Notes under the pieces: model-generated
Told to the model about the DNA's origin: nothing
Database searches by the model: none
What the model saw: the letters and a program-made list of their open reading frames with translations, nothing else
Source: Candidatus Poribacteria bacterium
GTDB taxonomy: Bacteria > Poribacteria > WGA-4E > PCPOR2b
Length of the DNA stretch: 64,000 bases
NCBI GenBank assembly: GCA_965116925.1
Contig: OZ220744.1
Location: 6,016,001 to 6,080,000 of the forward strand
Direction: 5' to 3'
Program-made: the position numbers and the translations under genes
Part shown: in pieces, positions 60,241-64,000 of the stretch
Numbering within the stretch: the stretch's first letter is position 1
Layout of the letters: each line of letters opens with the position of its first letter

Positions 60241-61248
60241 GTGAATCGACCCCCAGAAACTTTTGTGAGTGTGCAGGAGGACCGCCTCCTCGCTTTTAGT
60301 ACCGCCTGTTTTGAGAAAGCGGGATTGTCCCATGACCACGCAGCGTTAATCAGTCGTCTGCTCGTCAACTCAGACCTTCGTGGGGTGCGGAGCCACGGCA
60401 CACGGACGGTCAACGGTTACTGCAGCGGCTTTGAAAACGGAGATATGAATCCCCAGCCGGATATCCGCCTTGTCCATGAAACGCCGACAGCTGTTGTTCT
60501 GGACGGCGATGGAACGCTCGGCTACCTTCCAATGGTTCGTGCAACTGAGGGAGCAATCGCCAAAGCGAAGGAGGTCGGGTTGGGCATGGGGCTTGTGCGC
60601 CACATCGGGCATTACGGCTCGGCAGGACACTACACGCGAATATGTATGGAGGCGGGTTGTATAGGCTTCTCTGTTCAGGGCTACCAGAATCTGGGCAATG
60701 CCGCTGGCAGCGATCCCAAACCGCAACTCGGCTACTTCGGCAATCCGCCCCTCTGTTTTGCGATCCCCGGTGGTGATGAACCGTCTGTGGTGCTTGACGT
60801 GGCGACCTGTATCATGGCGGACTATCAGCGTGGAGGGGAGTATGATGCACTCCTCTCCCTTATTCCGGCTGCTTTTTTCAAAAGTGTGGGTTATACTGCG
60901 GTCGCGGGTCTCTTGGGCGGTGGATTAACAGGATATACGCTTCCTGACGATGAGGGGGTTAGTGAACGTTGGCCCGGCGGAGCGCGGTTAGGTGGTATGG
61001 TTCTCGCCATCCATGTGGATGCTGTTGTGCCCGAAGCTGTGTTCCGTGCTGAAGCCGATCGGATGGTTCGAGACGTGAGAGAAACATTTGAACCGATGCC
61101 CGGCTATGATCGTGCGCTGCTGCCCGGTGGGATCGAAGTAGAGAGAGTTAAGATGCACCGCCGTGATGGCATCCGCTACGGCGAGATGGAACAGGAGTCA
61201 GCCCGTGAAGTCAGTGAGCGTCTCGGTGTCCCGCTACCGTGGGACTGA
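60241..61248 (+). CDS. Ldh_2 family (malate/L-lactate/ureidoglycolate dehydrogenase-like) oxidoreductase
   Basis: DLRGVRSHG, HYGSAG, GNPP, DVAT, LPGG.E. Confidence 0.85.
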   Translation: MNRPPETFVSVQEDRLLAFSTACFEKAGLSHDHAALISRLLVNSDLRGVRSHGTRTVNGYCSGFENGDMNPQPDIRLVHETPTAVVLDGDGTLGYLPMVRATEGAIAKAKEVGLGMGLVRHIGHYGSAGHYTRICMEAGCIGFSVQGYQNLGNAAGSDPKPQLGYFGNPPLCFAIPGGDEPSVVLDVATCIMADYQRGGEYDALLSLIPAAFFKSVGYTAVAGLLGGGLTGYTLPDDEGVSERWPGGARLGGMVLAIHVDAVVPEAVFRAEADRMVRDVRETFEPMPGYDRALLPGGIEVERVKMHRRDGIRYGEMEQESAREVSERLGVPLPWD

Positions 61249-61462
61249 TGCCGTGAAGACGAGAAAACGGGAGAACGAGAAGGCGAGATGTCCTAGCAAA
61301 AGAATAATTAACGCAAGGACGCAAAGTCGCAAAGACCCCTTTTTTAAGATTTTTCTTGCGTCCTTGCTACCTCGCGCCTTTGCGTTAAAAAAGAGCAGAT
61401 ACCGTTATCCCGTTTTTATGTAGTTGTTGTTAGCGTAAACTATTTAGGAGGAGAAAGAACTT

Positions 61463-62413
61463 ATGGAACCACTTCGGGTTGGATTTATCGGCGCTGGTGG
61501 CTTTGCCAGACATACTATCTATCCGGCGTTGCACCTTGCCCCCGTCGCACTGCAAGCGGTCTGTGATATGGATGAAGCAAAAGCGAAAGATGCCGCGGGC
61601 AAATTTGGTGCGGGACGTTGGTACACAGATCGGCATAAAATGTGGGAGCAGGAAGATCTTGAGGCACTCATCATCAGTATGAGGCCCGACCCGCGTCAAT
61701 CCCTCGTTCGTGAAGCACTAGAAGCAGGCTATCACGTTTTTGTTCCCAAGCCACCTGCCCCATCTTTGGCAGATGCCACTGAACTCGCAGAAACCGCTGA
61801 CCAGAGTGGCAAAACGCTGATGATCAACTTTCAACGACGGTTCAGCTTGGGTGTCGCCCGTGCTAAAGAGATTATGGCGCAGGAGTCCTTTGGTCAACTG
61901 ACACAACTCTTCTGCTCCTTCTGTAGCGGCACCTATCCGACGGTACAATGGTATCTTTTGGATTTTGCTATCCACCATTTCGATCTCGCACAATACATCG
62001 CGGGTCCGGCAAAAGAGATCGCTGTGTTCCACAACGAGGTGGGTGGACAGGGATCTTTTGCAGTCGCAGTGGAATTTGAGAACGGTGCGGTCGGAAACCT
62101 CCAACTGAATAGTCAACGGCTCTGGAGGCGCAACTATGATCGAATAGAAATCACGGGACAGGAGGAGTACATTGTCCTTGATGGGTTGTGGGAAATTGCT
62201 CACTACGCCGACTCCCAGAATGTCTTTACGGACAACTACAGCGACCAACGCAACGGCGAATTGACCGGTGACGGGCATAGCTTGACGGAGTTTGTCAACG
62301 CTATCCGTGAAAACCGTGAGCCGATAGCGAGCATCAACGATTGTTTGAAGTCGATGCGGTTGTATGAAGCGGTTCTGGAAAGGCGCAAGGGAGTTATCAC
62401 GCTGAATGACTGA
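61463..62413 (+). CDS. Gfo/Idh/MocA family oxidoreductase
   Basis: GAGGFA, PKP, NFQRRF, IHHFD. Confidence 0.87.
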   Translation: MEPLRVGFIGAGGFARHTIYPALHLAPVALQAVCDMDEAKAKDAAGKFGAGRWYTDRHKMWEQEDLEALIISMRPDPRQSLVREALEAGYHVFVPKPPAPSLADATELAETADQSGKTLMINFQRRFSLGVARAKEIMAQESFGQLTQLFCSFCSGTYPTVQWYLLDFAIHHFDLAQYIAGPAKEIAVFHNEVGGQGSFAVAVEFENGAVGNLQLNSQRLWRRNYDRIEITGQEEYIVLDGLWEIAHYADSQNVFTDNYSDQRNGELTGDGHSLTEFVNAIRENREPIASINDCLKSMRLYEAVLERRKGVITLND

Positions 62414-62636
62414 TAATTCTCTAAATCACGAATTAACGCAGATTAACGGATTACACGGATAAGACGGAAAAAAGGGGAGGCCCAGCTTGTAGCCCCAGAG
62501 GGGCGAGATGTTTATAGAATGGTTGAATTGCTGAAGAGTGTTCATAATTATTGTCTAAAATCAACCCACCCCTTCGCCCCCATTTCGCTCTGCGTTCTCC
62601 GTGTCTCTGCGGTGGTGTTTTTATTGAGGTGATATA

Positions 62637-63722
62637 ATGAACCATACAATTCTATACAAACGAAAAGGGTTTTACGGTGCCTTTCCTGTCCTAACCCACC
62701 TCCCCGACGGGCGGTTGACGGTCGGCATTCCGGTCGCACCGTTCCATGACCACTATGCGGTCGGTGATTGGTTGGTACTACTGTCGGAGGACGAGGGAGA
62801 AACGTGGCAGGAGACCGACGATCCGACGCTTCCCGACAACTGGCCCGGCACATCACCGCGTGAGATATATGACCGATTTGCCGCCGTGATGCCAGATGGG
62901 ACGTATCTCTGTGCCGGCACAGTGGGCTGGAAAGCGTATCCAGCGGAGCAACAGGCGGAGGTAGAAGCACAGGGGCTATTTGTGCGTCCACACCCAAACG
63001 ACGAAAACGCAATTATGGTAGGCAGCAACAAGGTGTTCGTCCAGCGTTCGACTGACGAGGGGCAGACGTGGGAACGGCAGGAGTGGACTGTGCCCGGCGT
63101 TGAACATCTTACAGCGTTTCCGCGTTCCGCGTGGCTGGCGGACGGAACGATTTTGGTCCCTGTCTACGGTTCCGATCCCGATGCCCGTTGGCGAACCTAC
63201 ATCTGGCGGTCAGGGGATGGCGGAGAGACGTGGCGTTGGTTGGCGATGGGCTCTTATGTAACGGGAGTCGAGGGTAATGAGACGTCGCTTCTTGAGGTTT
63301 CCCCCGGGCGTGTCCTTGCCCATACGCGGACGGAGGGCAGCTACCTGTTGGAGACTTGGTCGGATGACGGTGGACGCACGTGGTCGCAACCGTTACAAAC
63401 ACCTATCTGGGGGTATCCACCGCACCTGTTGAAACTCCGAGATGGACGGATACTGTGCTCATTTGGATATCGACGGGAACCGATGGGGGTGCGTGCGGTC
63501 CTGAGCCACGATGGTGGGGTTACGTGGGATATGGACAACGTCATCGTTCTGCGGGACGACGGTGGGACGCCCAGCGAATTCCGAGCCGATATGGAGCGTG
63601 GGGGTGCTGACATTGGTTATCCGATCTCCACTCAACTGTCCGATGACAGCATTCTGACGACTTATTACATCACGTTGGCGGATGGTATAACACACTCAGT
63701 GGCGACGCGCTGGGAAGTTTAA
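62637..63722 (+). CDS. Sialidase-like BNR/Asp-box beta-propeller protein
   Basis: Five S.D.G.TW Asp-boxes; AFP, GYP. Confidence 0.85.
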   Translation: MNHTILYKRKGFYGAFPVLTHLPDGRLTVGIPVAPFHDHYAVGDWLVLLSEDEGETWQETDDPTLPDNWPGTSPREIYDRFAAVMPDGTYLCAGTVGWKAYPAEQQAEVEAQGLFVRPHPNDENAIMVGSNKVFVQRSTDEGQTWERQEWTVPGVEHLTAFPRSAWLADGTILVPVYGSDPDARWRTYIWRSGDGGETWRWLAMGSYVTGVEGNETSLLEVSPGRVLAHTRTEGSYLLETWSDDGGRTWSQPLQTPIWGYPPHLLKLRDGRILCSFGYRREPMGVRAVLSHDGGVTWDMDNVIVLRDDGGTPSEFRADMERGGADIGYPISTQLSDDSILTTYYITLADGITHSVATRWEV

Positions 63723-63920
63723 TAGATGAGGGAAGACCGGAAAACGAGATGAAATCAACCGCCAAGACGCGGAGAAAAGCGTGGAAGGATGGAAGGGCGG
63801 GAAAGATGGGGTATGGCCCCAATCTTCCAGTCTTCTATCCTTCCATCCTCCATCTGCTCTGTGCCCTCTGTGTCTCTGCGGTGGGTTTTCTCCCGAATTT
63901 GAAGAATGGAGACACTCACC

Positions 63921-64000
63921 ATGTTAATTCAAGAACAGTTACCTTGGACTCAAATGGATGATGAGCATTTGAGCCTATTCAAAGCCATTGGCGTGGACTA
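63921..64000 (+). CDS. 5' part of a CDS, possibly UxuA-like (cut by window edge)
   Basis: GGAG RBS; MLIQEQLPWTQMDDEHLSLFKAIGVD resembles the N-terminus of 59004-59969. Confidence 0.45.
   Translation, partial: MLIQEQLPWTQMDDEHLSLFKAIGVD

Noticed and set aside
1..64000. Genome-wide UGA reassignment (code 4/25) as the cause of in-frame TGAs
   Set aside because: Many genes end in TGA at natural family termini (SDR, CocE, era, Ldh_2), and the in-frame TGAs in selD and the MetE-like gene fall at Cys-equivalent sites

Overview
A gene-dense bacterial chromosomal segment. The host is probably Candidatus Poribacteria or a similar lineage; this is inferred from three PhyH dioxygenases, four Gfo/Idh/MocA oxidoreductases, a sulfatase, WD40/TPR proteins, a UBact-proteasome operon and repeat-packed intergenic DNA. 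No rRNA, tRNA or CRISPR array was found. The strongest hidden signal is selenium biology that the ORF track splits at in-frame UGA codons. (i) A cobalamin-independent methionine synthase (MetE-like) gene has UGA exactly at the Zn-ligand Cys (HL-U-RGN). (ii) A Sec-containing selenophosphate synthetase selD is coupled to a SenB-type selenosugar synthase, with no senA in the window. (iii) A secreted protein reads through UGA into a Cys-rich CYD-U-LCG...C tail ending at TAG-TAA. Each UGA is followed by an 11-nt spacer and a hairpin (SECIS-like). Other notable loci are a complete arc-dop-ubact-prcB-prcA-pafA operon, a membrane-anchored TerY-P-like vWA/PP2C/kinase triad, an Rpn nuclease with an intragenic RBS and extra C-terminal-domain copies, a degenerate DnaA paralog, and several nested MITE/REP-like repeat families. 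All family calls come from recognising motifs by eye; no database searches were run.
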